A stretch of DNA of 64,000 bases from Octopus sinensis. Its lineage: Eukaryota. The stretch is taken from NCBI RefSeq assembly GCF_006345805.1, contig NC_043005.1, positions 13,392,001-13,456,000 of the forward strand. The letters are read 5' to 3'. Every line of letters starts with the position of its first letter. The first letter of the stretch is position 1. A program made the translations under genes and the position numbers. Below are positions 39,031 through 52,584 of the stretch, piece after piece. Under the pieces are notes generated by a model. It made no database searches. It had not been told where the DNA came from and saw nothing but the letters and a program-made list of their open reading frames with translations.

Positions 39031-39472
39031 ATAATTACCAGACACTCTATCCCACTGTACGCTATTGCTAGAGATAGACTTCTCTCATCATCCCTTGTGA
39101 CGTAGCTATCAGGGGTCTCTGTCGTCAGGCTTTTGCAAGAACTTGTGCTTTATAGACTGCGAGACTTCACACTGCTCTTTCGCTATTTACATAGTTTTGA
39201 GGTAATATACTGTATTTACCCGTGTATAAATCGCATCTTTAATTCTGTATTAATTCTTGTCACAATTTTTTAGCTCTTCATATTCAAACTTTATTTCAGC
39301 TTTACCCCGAGTATATATCAAACCTCAGTGTTTTCTTTTTGTCTTTTCTTTTTTTCTTTTCTTCAATAAACCCTTTCACTGCTAAATTAAATTCCAGGGT
39401 TATTCCAATAATGATGTTAAATTCTACTTATCTCAAGAGAAAATAATAGTCATAAAGAATGACATTCCTTAA

Positions 39473-39876
39473 TCTATCTATATATCTATATATATATAAA
39501 GCCGAAGTTGTCTGTGTTTGGCAGGTTTGGTAGCCTTCAACTAACACTATCTCCTCCGAGACCCTGCGGTGCAAGTTGACCAAAATTGAGAGTATGATAG
39601 AAGAAGGCTTGCTCTTCATTCCGTAGGAGATAAAATTCAAATCGGACCATGTTAACACCAAAAATTATTTACATAAAAAAGGTGGGGGTTTTTCTATGAA
39701 AATCCCTATTTTTTATGATTTTTTACTGCTGTGTTGCCATTTTTCGGTGTATTTCAACCAGAAAAATGTTCACTTAGAGAGAATAACAAGCTACATAATG
39801 CAAAATTTTTACTTTTCAAAAATTCCAGTTCTAAAGGGTCGCAACAAACCCGAGCAACGCCGGGCGATACTGCTAG
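39473..39876 (+). mobile_element. Non-autonomous Helitron
   Basis: 5' A|TC start, 3' hairpin CCCG-AGCAACGC-CGGG (39849-39864) and CTAG|T end: canonical Helitron termini in an AT target. Confidence 0.8.
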
Positions 39877-40190
39877 TAAAAGATAAATCAATATTTAAAA
39901 AACTGCTTCCCGCAGTTAAGGGTAATGAAATTTTGAGTGGATATTGTAGGCATTGTAGCTATGGCTGTCTCGTCTTTTTCTCAGACATTGACTTACTTTA
40001 TCCTTTTCGAGATTCCCTTTCTTTAAAACAATAGCATGTACATGTGATATGAGAGGGAGAGAAAGAGAGATTTATCTATTATTTCTAGCCAGTCAAGCAA
40101 CCTCATTGAGGTTCATCCATCTTTAAGTTACGTCTGATGCAATTCATTATTGCAGTCTTCTCGTGTAGCCTTCTCAGGAATATATATTTT

Positions 40191-40607
40191 GGATCTTTTC
40201 GGTTTGAATGGCAGTTTTTGACATAATTTCTAGGTAACTAAAAAATTTTTAACTTCGTATACTGGTAGAATGTGTTTATAAAACATCTTTTCCTCTTGGT
40301 TTTATTGAGAAAATTCTATAGTTTGTAAGATATTTGTTGTTTTTTTCCTTCAATTTCTGCAATTTCAACCAATCACTGACGTCCATTGAGGTAAAAAAAA
40401 AACATTCTGTGCCGTATATGTCCCTCGTTTAAGAAACAGATTGGGTTTATTTACATTTGTGAAGAAAAAAAGATACCCTTCCCCCAAACCCTAACCCTAA
40501 CCCTAAAACAGATTGAAATGCAATAGATCGATACTAGAGTCATAATTATAGGTGACAATTTCATATGACACCGCTACAAAAAACTGCCGTTCAAACCGAA
40601 AAGATCC
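40191..40607. mobile_element. MITE with 29-bp TIRs, 8-bp TSD and internal (CCCTAA)3
   Basis: TIR GGATCTTTTCGGTTTGAAYGGCAGTTTTT (28/29). TSD TATATTTT at 40183-40190 and 40608-40615. Superfamily unassigned. Confidence 0.9.
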
Positions 40608-41089
40608 TATATTTTTCTACGTAAATCCGCAATAAAATAGTTAAAAATCAATAATAAAATACTGCAACTTATGCTCAAGTAAAAATGGTACTCTTCATTT
40701 GTTTTCCTATTTAAGGGCCACCATCGACCGTAGAACAGTTAAAAGGGTGTATCAAGCAAAGAATGTGTTAATGGATACAAGAATACTCAAATATACGACA
40801 ATTCATGATAACGCCATGACAGGTACATAGTGACTACTCCATCTTCAGAGATGATTGCCGTCTCTTTGTGCTTACTAGTTGTCAATGGCGTTTCTGTACT
40901 CTCCGTCCATGACCTTTCAGATGACTATTCACTCATTCCCACTCTTTCATCGCCATAGGACTTTCAGTCTCGGAATCGACCCCCCCCACCACCACCACCA
41001 CCACGACATCATGAGAGACGGACACTCTGATGCCTGTCTGTCTGTCTGCCTGCCTGTATTGTATGTATGTATGTATGTATGTATGTATA

Positions 41090-41560
41090 GGAGGAAGAAA
41101 AGGAAAAAAAGGAGGACGGAAGGTGATAATAGTAGTGGTGGTGGCAGAAAAGGAGAAGGAGGAGGAGAAAGAAGAGGAGAAGGAGGGGAAGGAAGGGGAG
41201 GAGGAGGAGTAAGAGGAGGAGTAAGAGGAGGAGGAGGAGGAATACGAGGAGGAAGAAGAGGAGGAGGGGGATGAAATGGAGGAGGGGAGGAAGAGGAGGA
41301 GGAAGGGGAGGGAGGAGGAAGATGAGGAGGAAGATGAGGAGGGGAGGAAGAGGAGGAGGAAGGGGGAGGGAGGAGGAAGATGAGGAGGAAGATGAGGAGG
41401 AAGATGAGGAGGAAGATGAGGAGGAAGAGAGGAGGGGAGGAAGGGGGAGGGGAGGGAGGGGAGGGAGGGGAGGAGACAAGGAGGAGGAAGAGGAGGGGGA
41501 GGACGAGGAGGACGAGGAGGAGGACGAGGAGAAAGAGGAGGAAGAGGAGGAGGCGGTGGT
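41090..41560. repeat. (GAG)n/(GGA)n polypurine tract
   Basis: Directly visible. Confidence 0.95.
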
Positions 41561-43217
41561 GGTGATCAATGTTGTGAAATTGTTGTTACTTTTCTCGGTG
41601 TCGTTGGCGAAAGGTATTGTAGCTATGGCCGTCTCGTCCTTTTTATCTGACATTGAATTACATTATCCTTTTCGAGATTCCCTTTCCTTAAAACAATAGC
41701 ATGTATGATACGAGAGAGAGAGGACGGAGAGAGAGATTTATCTACTATTTCTAGCCAGTCAAGCGACCTCATTGAGGTTCTCTCATCTTTAAATTACGTC
41801 TGATGCATTTCATTATTATACTATTGTAGTCGTCTCATGTAGCCTTCTCAGGAATATATGCTTTTCCACGTATATCTCCGGGCTCTTTTTTCCCTCCCCC
41901 TTTCCCCCCTCTTCCCCACAGAATTCATAATTTTCTGTTAAATCTCTGTAGAAAGATGTACTTATAAGGAAATTCTCTCTCCCGACCACTCAGTTCTGAC
42001 TTATCGACTCAAGTTGACATATAGCTTGGTTTGCATTATGTGTCTTATCATGAAAGTAAACTCGCTTCTTTCATACCTCCGTCCAGCCTAAATATTTCCC
42101 TGTCTACGCATAAAAATTTCGTAGAAATTTTACTAGCTAGGCGCTGGTGTTTTATCGGTTTTTCTGACTAAATCACCATTCCCAAGAGGGCCTTTTACTT
42201 TTATATTTTATTTATAATCAAAACATTAATATGTATGTTCAAGAATTCCTAGCGTTTTATACATTACTAGACACTACGCACGGATTTATTTTAATCTTCC
42301 TCAATATGGAAGAATTGCTAACATCGCTCTCTGTATTTCTGTCTGTCCGTCTCTCTATTTATCTCTTTCTCTTCTATTCTTTTTCTCCCCCTTTCTCCCT
42401 CTTTCTCTTTCTCACCCCTTCTCTCTCTCTCTCCTCCTCCTCCTCTCTCTCTCTCTCTCTTCAATCATTCTTTTCTTTTTTTCTGTTCATATCACTTTTT
42501 CTCGACTTAGATTTTTCTGAATAAGGTTTTTCACTTCATTATACAACAGTCTACTCTGTTTGAAGAGTGGTTTGATACCCTATTTACATAATCGACCAGT
42601 TTTCGCTATTTATCTCAATTGTTGGTGGAGCGAAATAATAAAATCAAAAGTCAAACGATATTTTTCTCCCCCCTCCGGATTTTCCTCTAAAAGAATCTAA
42701 ATCCTTGACCTCAAAAATATCGAAAATGAGCATGAAAAAAATTTATAAATACCACTCTTGTGGATACTGGAATGATAAAAAGATGTTGCTTCGTGACAAG
42801 GAATGACGCTTTGTTATTCAATGAAAAACTATGAGAGAAAAAAAAAACAACATTTAACTTCTCAAATAATTTTAACTAAATAGAAAGCCACTGTTTCGTA
42901 CACACTAGCCCTAATCTTTATCCGAAGATATAGAAAGATATAAATAGATGATCTGTAAATTTAAATCTTAGCTGATGCTTTGTCTAATTCTTTTAACAGT
43001 ATTTATTTACTATTCCGTAGACGAATCGAAGGTGGTCATATGGTTAGCAGTAGTAATATACTTCTGCTTTTAACCACACATGGACGAAATTTTGCCACAT
43101 TGAGCAGTTTTTCTGTTACGGTCCATCTCTTTAACGCTGGTTTTTCATGCTAATTTGTTCATTCTAATACAAAGAAAATTCGACTTTGTGAATAAAAACA
43201 GCAACAGCAGCAGCAGC

Positions 43218-43294
<77 letters not shown>

Positions 43295-43295
43295 G

Positions 43296-43344
<49 letters not shown>

Positions 43345-43374
43345 TAGTAAGTAGTAGTAGTAGTAGTAGTAGTA

Positions 43375-43407
<33 letters not shown>

Positions 43408-43408
<1 letters not shown>

Positions 43409-43595
43409 GCCGACAATTTTGGTGGAAAGGGGCTAAGTCGATCAGATCGACCCCAGTGCTCAACTGGTACATATTTTATCGATCTCGAAAGGATGAAAGA
43501 CTAAGCCGATCTCGGTAGCATTTGAACTCAGAACGTGAAGTCTGAAGAAATACCGCTATGCATTTTTTCCGGCGCAATAACGATTCCGGCCAGAT
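43408..43595 (-). mobile_element. SINE family C variant embedded in (TAG)n
   Basis: Shares private substitutions and breakpoint with 59802-59992. Confidence 0.8.
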
Positions 43596-43625
43596 AGTAG
43601 TAGTAGTAGAAGTAGAAGTAGTAGC

Positions 43626-43658
<33 letters not shown>

Positions 43659-45110
43659 TGTTTTGTTGTTGTTGTTGTGTTCTTACCCTGTATCAGATCA
43701 ACTCCAGTTGAGCAAACAAATAACAGGAGGTGCTCCAGCCGTGACCATCCAGTGTTTAAGACTATCAGGATTAATTTATCGAATGATGCATCCGTTCCTT
43801 ATATATAAGACAGCATGGCGTGACTTCAGAAAAATAAAAATAAAAATAAAAGTAGCTGTTATTTCTACCAGGTTGAATGACCACGTCAAGGTTTCTTTCG
43901 TTGCCTCACAGACGTTTGTGTTGTCATTGATAACTTAATCCAACACCTCTCCTCGGAGACGCCATTACGCTATATATATATTGTATGTTGTCGTTCAGGT
44001 TCGACTTTACACAGAACAATAGCAACATGTAAATAGCTATGCGATTGAGAAAAAGTATTTACTACATAGCCTTCATCCTCGACAAAATCAGCACTCCTCT
44101 TCAATTGTCATTCATTCTTTTTCTTTATACAGAGAAAGCGTTAAATCGCATTAGAGCGAAAGATTGATATCATTTCGAAGCGACAGCCGCAGTTTACTTT
44201 GAGCTGAGCTGGCATAACAAGTCAGCTTTGTCAATTTAGACGCATTGAAAGGATATGCCCATGAGATTAAAATTAAGTGTATATTTAACTACATCGGTTG
44301 CTGTCTTTCTGTATTGTAGATGTGTAGGAGTGGGGAGTGTTTATATTGTGTATTCTATAATGTATGCTAGTGTGTGTGTGTGTGTGTATGTGGGGGTTAT
44401 ACGTGAGTGATGGAGGTTGTCTGATGTAATGTGAGTGCAACAGCATGCATTCGTTGCAAATACGATGTTGTTAAAGAGAAGACTTACTTGACAGACAAGG
44501 AAGGTTATTGTTGTTGTTGTTGCAGTTATGGCCGCCAGGCAGAACGAAGAATCATCACATTCTGTTTGTTTATACTATCTCGACAATCAGATTTATCAAC
44601 TCGACTTTAGTAGCATTGTTATGACAAGGCTTGGTAAAAGATTCTAATCCTAGTTCACCGATTAGCTGTATATCAAATCCAAGTTTTAACCGAAAATGTC
44701 ATTGTTTTTTTTTTCATAATGTTTTTATCTTGTCGGGAAAATAAGTTATTGACGACTACTCAGTCGGTAAAGTATCAGCTTTTCACTGCAACTCGTGGTG
44801 GATCAGGTGTGTGCATCATACTATTGGCAAGATACTGTCTATTTCAATATATTTTTCGCTTTATTTCTTGGAAAGATAAGAAAATCAACATTTTTACTGC
44901 AAACACATCTAGAAACCGTCATTATGTAAAACAATTATTTCATCGACCTTTGTTTGCGACCCTCACAAATCTTAATAATGATTAGCATTAAACCGCATTA
45001 TATGAGTGTGTGTCTGTGTTTCTGTGTACATACATGTATGTGTATATGTAAATGTGCGTATATATACATGTGTGTGTGTGTGTGAAATTAAGCATGTGGC
45101 AAGAGAAAAA

Positions 45111-45360
45111 AAATTATGTAATGAACTTCATTAGCTTACATTTGTTTCTGCTATAAAATGCGATTGACTCATAGTCGAGTGCTTATGTGTCACCCTATTG
45201 CTTCATCGGAGCTTCGAAAGTGAAGTACACTTCAGTTTTGAATCACTGATGAAGCTCTGATAAAGCTCTGATAAATCTGATAAAGCTCTGGTGAAGCTAT
45301 GAGTTCATTGCATCTTATAGCCGAAATAGCTGTAAGCTAATGAACTTCGTTACATAATTT
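45111..45360. mobile_element. Inverted-repeat element (family W) with a hammerhead-like motif in each arm
   Basis: AAATTATGTAATGAACTTCATTAGCTTACA / TGTAAGCTAATGAACTTCGTTACATAATTT. Motifs at 45133-45213 (-) and 45284-45338 (+). Confidence 0.7.
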
Positions 45361-45445
45361 CTTATTCGGTATCGTTTATTTAATTTCTTATTACTGACTA
45401 TGCTAGTAGTGAACTTACCCTTTCTTTCTTGAACCATATATATAT

Positions 45446-45512
<67 letters not shown>

Positions 45513-46825
45513 TAATTATATATTTAATTTATATATATATATATACATATGCACATTGAGTTCTAACACCAGGTTATTAGTATCCCTATGCTTCAATAAA
45601 ATATTATTATTATTATTGTTTTTGTTGTTGTTGTTGTTGAATGAGAGAGCAGTGCATACCATCAAAGTGATACTGGGATACAAATATAAAAAGCCCAGTA
45701 TACCCATCATGACTACCCGTCTGATAAGGGTACACTAGGCACATGCATCACAACCATATGTGTGCGTTATGGTGATCTCATATCAAGATAAACAGCGCAT
45801 GACCTTCCAGGTGGGGCCCAGTTAGAATTTTCTTCTGGTCGAGTAGCCCATCCCGCTCAAAAGGTCTCTGAATAAGGATCGTTTAAGGATGTTGGACGAA
45901 CCACCCATGTTTCCAAAGGTGAATTATTCAAACCCCAAAGAATCCCTCTCAACACATAGCTATGATGCTCCCCCACTACTTCTGCTCGTGGTCAGAGATG
46001 CACATATCGTCAGCCACTAAGGGACATGCCCAACTGGTTAAGATCAAACAACTGACAAGCAAATCTGTGGTATTAATCAGAATATTTACTGTAGCCCAAG
46101 AAAGAAAGAAGGAAAGAAAGAAAGAAAGAAAGAAAGAGAGAAGAGAGAGAAAAAGAAAGAAAGAAAGAAAGGAAGGAAGAAAGAAAAAAGGAGGATATAT
46201 ATATATATATATATATGAGTTATCTTTGATGGAAAAAAGGCGTACGACTTTGTTCCATGCTAGGTTTTTTTTCCTAAACTGAATATTCTACTCATTCTGT
46301 ATAATATTTATAGCTTTATCTACTCCAAGTTCCATCATTTTATACGATTTATCATATATCTCTCGAAATTTCTAAATTCTTATGATATAAACAATGTATA
46401 CATATGTATATGTATATATGTTGTGTGTGTGTGCGCGTGCACATACACACACACACATACGGTTTAGTGCTAATCATTATAAAGGTATATGAGGAGCGTA
46501 AATAAAGATGAAGGGATTTCTTCCATAATCCGTTGAAATAATTGTGTGACAGCCGTTATCATATCGTTGATAATAAGCAATTAAGTAAGAAGCTGCTTCC
46601 GTGCACAAGAATGACCATAGAAATAAATATGTATTCCTATGCATTTATCATGTATAACTGTTTGTATATTACGTAGGTAGAAAGGTGTACTTACGAGATA
46701 CTGAAGAATATTTCTGTGTACTTATGGTAATAGCTGAAGATTTACAACAAGGAAGACATCCAAGGATGATCTCATTAAGTGTATCATGTTGCATGTGTTC
46801 TGTATTGTTATAAAAAAAAAGAGAG

Positions 46826-47205
46826 AAAACAAGAGCACGCAGGGAGCGCAAACCTGTGCCAAGGCAAATCCAACGTCCTCTCAACGATTAGCCAGAGGTG
46901 ATTTTTAAAATGAGAATATTTGAAATGAATTCGACTGCTCTCACAAACGAGAATACTAGAAATGAACCCAACTGCTCTCAAAAATTAAGTAAACAAAAAA
47001 ACGGGAAAATAATCCAGAAAATCCTTGTCCGGTACTCGATCGATCCCAAAATCTAATCAGTTTGTGCCAGTCACGAGGCCAAACATCCTTGAAAGTTTCA
47101 TCCGAGTCCATTCAGCGGTTCTTGAAGTATCTTGTCCATGGACAAACAAACAAACAAATGCGACTGAAAACAATACCTCTGCTTTAGTGAAGGCGGAGGT
47201 AATAA
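46826..47205 (-). mobile_element. Helentron/Helitron2-type non-autonomous element (HINE-like)
   Basis: Minus strand starts TTATTACCTCCGCC...AGAGGTATTGTTTTC, contains (TTTG)n, and ends GCCTTGGCACAGGTTTGCGCTCCCTGCGTGCTC: sub-TIR plus hairpin layout. Confidence 0.65.
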
Positions 47206-47414
47206 AACAGTTGAATACAGAGGTGCGATGCTTGTCGATCTCAGAACACAAGGGAGATTAATCTTCGTCTAATATGTTTTCAACCTCTTGTCCTCTTTAT
47301 TGGGTTTAACCCTTTTGTTGCCATATTTCCGTTGAAATACACCGCTTTGCTTTTGTTAGTTTTTGAAAATAATTAAGAATTTAGTAAAATAACTGACATT
47401 ATTTAGCTTTATAA

Positions 47415-47442
47415 TAAAGAGAAAGAAATTATAAAAAAGGGA

Positions 47443-47486
<44 letters not shown>

Positions 47487-47648
47487 AGGAAAGAGAGAAG
47501 GAAAGAAAGAAAGAAAGAAAGAAAGAAAGAAAAAGAGAGAGAGAAAGAAAAAGAGAGAGGGAAAGACAGAAAGAAAGAAAGAAAGAAAGAGGGAGAGAGA
47601 GAAAAAAGAAAGAAAGAGAGAGAGAAAGAAAGAGAGAGACAGACAGAC

Positions 47649-47715
<67 letters not shown>

Positions 47716-47785
47716 ACGAAAGAGAGAGAGAGAGAAAAAAGAAAGAAAGAGAGACAGGGACAGACAGGCATACAGACAGACAGAC

Positions 47786-47836
<51 letters not shown>

Positions 47837-47987
47837 AGAAAGAAAGAAAGAAAGAAAGGAAGAAAGGGAGGGAGGGACAGACAGAAAGAAAGAGACTAAG
47901 AGAGAGAGAAAGAAAGAAAGAAAGAAAAGAAGAAAGAAAGAAGGAAAGAAAGATAGAGAGAGAAAGAAAGAAAGAAGGAAGGAAGGA

Positions 47988-48030
<43 letters not shown>

Positions 48031-48035
48031 GAAAC
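47415..48035. repeat. (GAAA)n/(GACA)n tract
   Basis: Directly visible. Confidence 0.95.
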
Positions 48036-48548
48036 AAACTGCAGCAAATCCAGCGAATGACGTTGAATAGAACGGAAAGAAAAAAGAAACGTTCACAAAT
48101 TAGACTCAGTTCATAATCGTCTGTACATGTGAATATTTGTGTAATGGCAAAATAACATTATATATCTATAATATACATGTTCGTATTGGCAGGCCAATGT
48201 ACTTTCCTGCTGCGCTTAATAGCAATTTCCTTTCTAGGAACAATAGTTTTTTTTGTAAAGTATCTATTTGTGTTAGAGCAGATAGTCTTGGTGTTGTGTA
48301 CGAAAAGGTAATTTTCGTTAGATATTTGTGTATGAAGATAAGCTTATATTTTTTCTCTCTTGATTTTTTTTGTCTTGTTTATACAAGTTATATAATGTTT
48401 TGTCTGTGTCTTCAAAGTGCTGCAACGTTTGGTGCACGGAATGTGTAAAGGTTTTTGTACAACATCACTGACGTAAAAACCAGGTACTGATGTCGGTTGA
48501 AACATGGGTTTTTAACTGTTTGTGATCTCTGTAGCATTTGTGGTCAAG

Positions 48549-48762
48549 ACTAGACATATATTGCTGCAGTCTGAGCTCATAGTTGGACAGACATATATAA
48601 GTTGGACTAGACATATATTGCTGCAATCTGAGCTCATAGTTGGACAGACATATATAAGTTGGACTAGACATATATTGCTGCAGTCTGAGCTCATAGTTGG
48701 ACAGACATATATAAGTTGGACTAGACATATATTGCTGCAATCTGAGCTCATAGTTGGACAGA
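48549..48762 (+). repeat. 57-bp minisatellite, 3.75 copies
   Basis: Units start at 48549, 48606, 48663 and 48720; only GCAGTC/GCAATC varies, and it alternates. Confidence 0.95.
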
Positions 48763-48779
48763 TCGTGATCTCGCATCGA

Positions 48780-49050
48780 GTAAAACAGCATGTTTTAAAT
48801 CTCTGAGCGAGAGAAATAAATTAACAGTACTGGATAGTAATGTTTATATGCCAACATAATGTGGCAGTCCCATAAAGAACGATGTTACTGTTGTTTTAGC
48901 CCCAGGAAAACATCTTTCCCAGCTGGCTAACGACACAGTCTGTGTTTGTATATAACATTTGCAAGGGAGGTAATCGCTCCCATCTCTAGTTTTATGTGAT
49001 ATTCACTGTTACTGTATTTCTCTCGCTCAGAGATTTAGAACTTGTTTTCT
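48780..49050 (-). mobile_element. Family X arm with inverted terminal duplication
   Basis: 23-bp perfect IR TAAATCTCTGAGCGAGAGAAATA at 48796-48818 and 49015-49037. Interior aligns with 61443-61592. Confidence 0.65.
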
Positions 49051-49274
49051 CTATACGTGATCAGCGACTGTGTGTCGCTTAAAGAATATGTAGTATTTGC
49101 GAGTAGAGATAGCTTTCGTCATTAGCTGGTGATTATCTCACACTGAGAACGGATAACATTCAGACACCTAGCTCTGTGAGTATATATATACAAATATATA
49201 TATATATATAATATCCAATGAATTACTGATTAGTTACTTATTACTTTGTTGTGAATAGTAATATTCCTAAGGAC

Positions 49275-49592
49275 TTATTCTTTGTATGCCTAGTACTTAT
49301 TCTATCGGTCTCTTTTCCGGAACCGCTAACACACCAACATCGGTTGTTAAGCGATAGTGGAGGGACAAACACAAACACACAAACACACAAACACACACAT
49401 ACGCAAACACACACATACACACACACACACACAAGCATATATGTATATATATACGACGGGCTTCTTTCAGTTTCCGTTTACTTACAAGATTTTGGTCGGC
49501 CCGAGGCTATTGTAGAAGACATTTGCCCAAGGTGCCACACAGTGGGACTGAACCCGAAAGCAAGTATCTTACCACACAGCCACTACTGCGCC
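49275..49592 (-). mobile_element. SINE family A with internal deletions
   Basis: Both halves recognisable around a (CA)n tract. Confidence 0.8.
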
Positions 49593-49989
49593 TATATATA
49601 TATAAATGGAGTTAAACACAGGTGTTATTCAAATTCTTTTACTTCCGACACATGTTTCGAAGATATCACTTGTATTATTCCAAAGGAATAAAATGGTGTA
49701 AAACAATGTAATCTTCTCTTCAGGATATGTATAGTGATTAACTGAACGCTATTAAGATTGTTTCAAAAAAAAGTTGTAGGATATAACGTCAAAGGTAGCC
49801 TATAGAAAGAGGAGGGATAAAGGAAAGAAAAACTTAATAAGTGAGAAGTATATAACTATATGTATATTAAATAAGACCATATAGACTAGGAAAAAGATAT
49901 ATCTAGTGAATGTGAAATGTAAGAAGAAAATTAATGTTTAAATTATATATAACGATAGATATCACTTATATAAGTTCATATAAGAAAAT

Positions 49990-50325
49990 AGGATCGATAT
50001 GGTGAGAGAAGCTATTAGCATTTTTAACTGTGCAAGCATGGAGAGCAAAGGTCATTGAAATACTACCTTACAAAGAATGAAGAACTGTTTAAACAAGTTG
50101 TATTAGAACTAGGACTTCTTGAAGGGAAGAAGGCATACTAAAATTAGTATGACTTTTGAAAGAACGGAAGTACTAGAAGATATGTAGTCACATAGATAGT
50201 TCCACAGCGATACTAAGAATGTGAGAAAGCAAACTGTTGGTGTGACTGGCTACAGAGTGGATGAAGATTTTAAAGGAGGAGCAAATTGTTTGTCGGTGGC
50301 TGCTCAAAATCAAGGTTTAAACTCT
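49990..50325 (+). pseudogene. R4/Dong-like LINE relic, region downstream of RT
   Basis: Frameshifted translation LKYYLTKNEELFKQVV...CDWLQSG...LSVAAQNQGLN resembles the WL..G.LK.E.E..I.AAQDQ.L motif of RLE-encoding R4-clade elements. Confidence 0.55.
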
Positions 50326-50447
50326 AATTCAGGGATTAAGACTATTTATTCCATCGCTTCAGTAAACTAGCACTGCTTTTATAATCAAGCGGAAAATGTT
50401 ATTGTAATGTAGCAGGCTGCTGAAGGTTAACTCAGAAGGTAAACAAG

Positions 50448-50855
50448 TGGCAGAAACGTTAGCACGCTGGGCGAAATGCGTAGCCGTATTTCGTCTGCCA
50501 TTACGTTCTGGGTTCAAATTCCGCCGAGGTCGACTTTGCCTTTCATCCTTTCGGGGTCGATAAATTAAGTACCAGTTACGCACTGGGGTCGATGTAATTG
50601 ACTTAATCCGTTTGTCTGTCCTTGTTTGTCCTCTCTATGTTTAGCCTCTTGTGGGTAGTAAAGAAATAGGTATTTCATCAGCCACTACGTTCTCAGTTCA
50701 AATTCCGCCGAGGTCGACTTTGCCTTTCATCCTTTCGGGGTCGATAAATTAAGTACCAGTTACACACTGGGATCAATATAATCGACTTAATCCGTTTGTC
50801 TGTCCTTGTTTGTCCTCTCTGTGTTTAGCCCCTTGTGGGTAGTAAAGAAATAGGT
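50448..50855 (+). mobile_element. SINE family C tandem (head-core-linker-core-linker)
   Basis: Linker TAATCCGTTTGTCTGTCC...GAAATAGGT present twice. Confidence 0.85.
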
Positions 50856-50956
50856 ATGATACGGTTTTCTTCAATTTACAGCGTTTACATTATAAAATGT
50901 ATGGCTACCATACTTCAGAGATGTAATACAATCATGTATCAGAAAACGCTCTAAAT

Positions 50957-51241
50957 TAGTAGTTCCCAGATTGGGCGGTACCGTCCTCCTTGGGGTAGGG
51001 GAAAGTTCCAAAAGGCCGTTGAAGAAAAATGGGGCCGATAATGAAGTAGCCAAAAGGGGGCGATTAATGTAAAAACAACAAAATAATAGGTTCATTAGGT
51101 TAAGTTTTATTTGTTAAATACAATTGTTTGAATTTGCTTCAGAAAGTGGTCTATGTTTGTGGTGGTAGGTTGGTTGGGGGCATTAGGATTGTGTCCTGGG
51201 TGCCAAGGGAGCGGCAGGCCAAAAGTGTTTGGGAACCACTG
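50957..51241. mobile_element. hAT/Charlie-like MITE
   Basis: Ends TAGTAGTTCCCAGA / TTTGGGAACCACTG. Degenerate 8-bp TSD CTCTAAAT / CTGTAAAC. Confidence 0.75.
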
Positions 51242-52584
51242 CTGTAAACGAATCTATTACACCAAAATTTCTATTGGATTTTGACATCTAGATTTTTAAA
51301 ATAATTGAACACCCTAGACCAGGTATAATTATATGACATATAAAAAAACATATATGCCTCATAATATATGCAGCAAATCCGTCAAACAAACAAAAAAAAA
51401 TTACAGTGTCCAAAGTGTATGTATGTATGTATGTATGTATGTATGTATGTATGTATGTATGAATGTATGTGTATATGTATGTATGAATGTATGTATGTCA
51501 TTTTTCAATTTTATTTCAAGATTCCGTGCCAATAGAGAAAGGGCTGGAATTTCAACATCAACAACAGGATATAACGTACGTATGTATGTATGTATGTATG
51601 TATGCATGCATGTGTGTGTATCTACGCATGCATATATGTACGTATGTATGTATGCATGTATGTATGCATGTATGTATGTATGTAAGTATGTTGTATGTAT
51701 GTATGTATGTATGCATGTATGTATGTATGTACGTAGGTATGTTTCTAGGGATTTATGGTTACCTGAATGGGTTGTACGCATATATGTGTACCTGTTGTCA
51801 CACTTACACTCGTGGGTGTTCATCTCATGATAGAACGTAAGAGAATATTTCTTATGTATACATTCCCCCAAAACCCACAAATGTAGAATCCCTGAAATGT
51901 CTTATAAATTTTCACTGTTTCTCTAATCAATTGTATTTGGAGGATGCGAATCAGTCGGTTCTATCTTAGAGAAGCCAAACCTTTCTGTGTTTCTATACAG
52001 ATCTGTTGTTACGTCGCCCAGTGTTCATATGATGATAGGAATAAATGAAAATCTATTGCTCGTTTATAAGACCTCCAGGTTTCTCATCTGTTCCCATAAA
52101 TGTTTTCTTTTCCCCCTGTTTTTGAATAGACATTCAGATCTATTGGACATCTGATCTCCACAACTGTGTACGACTTTTGCTCGCAGCCCCGTACAACTAT
52201 ATCTGACTTACCCTTGTTGTGCTTACATTAGATGGCTGTTTTTTATTGAAATGTTCCAACGGAATTCTTTAGTGCGCTTTGGATGTTACCGTCAAGATAT
52301 TCTTTCTTTTATATAGCATTGTAGTGGCAATGGCATGTTTCAGCGACTTATAGCGACTTTATATAGCGACTTATAGTTTCAGCGCTGAGTATTAAAGGCA
52401 TCCTTATCTCATTTTCTTTTTATTACATATTCAGTCATTCTCTTTCATTCTTTGACAGCAAATGCATATACTTCTTGGTTAGATATGATATATTTATCAC
52501 AAGTCCAGCAAAGGCTGTTTTTTACTGTCGATATGTTTTGGGAGAGACATTTACACAATACTCACACCGTAGGTCATCTAATCA

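Larger units (their letters stand above)
39948..41872 (+). repeat. Dispersed about 260-bp direct duplication (39948-40623 with MITE insert; 41612-41872 without)
   Basis: ATTGTAGCTATGGC...TAGCCTTCTCAGGAATATAT...ACGTA present twice. Confidence 0.85.

Noticed and set aside
40489-40506. (CCCTAA)3 as a telomere or fusion remnant
   Set aside because: It is internal to a MITE and present in both copies.
48549-48762. CRISPR-like array
   Set aside because: Contiguous identical units with no unique spacers, no cas genes, and a eukaryotic context.
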